NCBI GenBank assembly: GCA_020632695.1
Contig: JACKFB010000015.1
Span: 1,291 to 65,290, forward strand
Source of the DNA: Deltaproteobacteria bacterium
GTDB taxonomy: Bacteria; Myxococcota_A; UBA9042; PHBI01; JACKFB01
Direction of reading: 5' to 3'
Length of the DNA: 64,000 nucleotides
Under the pieces are notes generated by a model. The model saw only the letters and a program-made list of their open reading frames with translations, made no database searches and had not been told where the DNA came from. The stretch's first letter is position 1. Each line of letters begins with the position of its first letter. The position numbers and the translations under genes are program-made. Positions 63,036 through 64,000 of this stretch are shown piece after piece.

Positions 63036-64000
63036 GTGACCGACGCACTCCACACCTCCGAGACCTCCCTGACGCGCCTCTTCCTCGCCTGGCAGGCGGG
63101 TTCGCGGCCATCCGGCGACCGCTTCTTCCGAGGTGTGACACGTCGGTTGCAGGGTTACGCCCGAGCGCACGCTCGGGACATCGACGCCGATGACCTGCTC
63201 CAGGACGTGTTCCTCACCTTCGTCGAGCACGCGGATGGCTTCGACGTCAGCGGGGGTGACGGCGCGATCGTGTCCTGGTTCAAGGTCACGCTGCAGCGAC
63301 GGATGTGGGCCATGTCCAAGCGCATGAAGCGCGAGCGCCCCGCGGCCGAGCCGGAGATGGACGCCTCGCCCGCCGTCGAGCCCTGCGGCGACGACGCCAT
63401 CGAGGTGGTCGAGGCCCGGCTCGAGGCCGCCTCTCGCGTCGCCACGCTGCGGGAGGTGTCCACCGACCGCACGGCGATCCGATTCCATCGGGCCACCACG
63501 CGGCGCATCGCTGCCCTCGCCGATCGGCTCGAGGCCGTCCTGGTCGAAGGCGCCGAGCCCGCCGAGACCTCGGGAGCCCTGGCCGCGCAGGTCGGCTGGT
63601 CCCCGTTCCAACTCTGGCAGATGTCCCACCGCCTGGAGGAGGCCCTCGCGCCTCCCCAAGCGCGAGAGACACCTGCAACCGAATCGGTGGCGGCTGCGGC
63701 CGACCCCGAATGCCCGCCCGCTTCCGGCGCTCACGCGACCGGCATCGGGCGGGGTCTGACGCGCGCTCCCGTACCGAGTGCCGCGCATCGCGTCTCTGCT
63801 CCCGAAGCGGTGACATCGGGAAGTTCCAGGGAGTCGATGCGTGTCGAGCTGGGTGCGGGGGCGCGTACCCTTCCATGGTCGCGCCGGCGACCACCGCCGC
63901 GGCATCGCGCGCTCTCGTGCGCGCCCGCCGTGTCGGCCACGCCGGCGCTGGCCTCCGTGCGTGCAAGCGGCTCCCAGCGAGCCGGCTGCCGTGACGGGCC
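63036..64000 (+). CDS. ECF-type sigma-70 family factor (PF07638-like), 3' end not reached within window
   Basis: This ORF is not in the supplied track because it has no stop before nt 64000. I translated it by hand. The frame is open from 62964, and candidate GTG starts are at 62988, 63018 and 63036. SLTRLFLAWQAGSRPSGDRFFRGVTRRLQGYARAHARDIDADDLLQDVFLTFVEH...SWFKVTLQRRMWAMSKR matches region 2. TSGALAAQVGWSPFQLWQMSHRLEEAL is a plausible region-4 HTH. GC3 drops after about 63650, so the distal part may not be coding. Confidence 0.5.
   Translation, partial: MTDALHTSETSLTRLFLAWQAGSRPSGDRFFRGVTRRLQGYARAHARDIDADDLLQDVFLTFVEHADGFDVSGGDGAIVSWFKVTLQRRMWAMSKRMKRERPAAEPEMDASPAVEPCGDDAIEVVEARLEAASRVATLREVSTDRTAIRFHRATTRRIAALADRLEAVLVEGAEPAETSGALAAQVGWSPFQLWQMSHRLEEALAPPQARETPATESVAAAADPECPPASGAHATGIGRGLTRAPVPSAAHRVSAPEAVTSGSSRESMRVELGAGARTLPWSRRRPPPRHRALSCAPAVSATPALASVRASGSQRAGCRDG

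Noticed and set aside
1-64000. Search for tRNA/rRNA genes, transposases, integrases, phage structural genes and toxin-antitoxin pairs
   Set aside because: No cloverleaf-like or rRNA-like sequence stood out by eye. I saw no DDE/tyrosine/serine recombinase motifs and no phage hallmark proteins in any credible ORF. Only a covariance-model or HMM scan could fully exclude small RNAs.

Overview
This is a high-GC segment (about 70% or more by eye, not computed) of bacterial chromosome that is almost entirely coding. The gene content points to a myxobacterium (Myxococcota), which is an inference only. That content includes several Ser/Thr kinases, many lipobox lipoproteins with CGGSCG-type Cys-rich repeats and long acidic T/E/D/G/A tethers, a STAND kinase-cyclase and an NRPS-PKS. 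I support 36 protein-coding genes and one frameshifted pseudogene. I found no rRNA, tRNA, CRISPR array, transposase or integrase.

Main blocks, in order:
- 1-6.4 kb: housekeeping and envelope genes. These are the 3' end of a TrmA/RlmD methyltransferase, an EEP nuclease/phosphatase, an SRPBCC protein, Hsp33 and a VWA lipoprotein.
- 6.4-22.3 kb: a hybrid NRPS-PKS cluster with an unusual module order. Nearby are an Sfp-type PPTase, a translationally coupled FAD monooxygenase and Acg-type nitroreductase, and a TLC-type transporter.
- 22.4-27.7 kb: a protein of about 1780 aa with kinase, P-loop STAND, TPR, GAF and class III cyclase domains.
- 29.1-32.7 kb: a compact minus-strand operon of a small protein, an 805-aa HerA/FtsK-like ATPase and a metallophosphoesterase. 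This is my best candidate for an undescribed system.
- 37-48 kb: a lipoprotein island. It holds a Cys-rich modular lipoprotein, a 1011-aa orphan lipoprotein, and a translationally coupled operon of a lamin-tail/NHL protein, a beta-helix protein and a CotH kinase.
- 48-51.6 kb: DUF2254, TatD and glutathione reductase genes.
- 51.6-54.2 kb: a non-genic repeat zone. It contains a 158-bp-period tandem element, about 2 kb of hexamer-periodic DNA, a 160-nt palindrome and a frameshifted four-helix-bundle gene.
- 54.2-64 kb: a cNMP-binding Ser/Thr kinase, a TPR protein, an SDR, a REC-like/HK-like operon with a secreted beta-helix protein, and a divergent pair of an HTH-TPR regulator and an ECF-type sigma ORF. 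The sigma ORF is missing from the supplied ORF track because it runs off the window.

Most very long ORFs in the track are antisense shadow ORFs typical of high-GC DNA.
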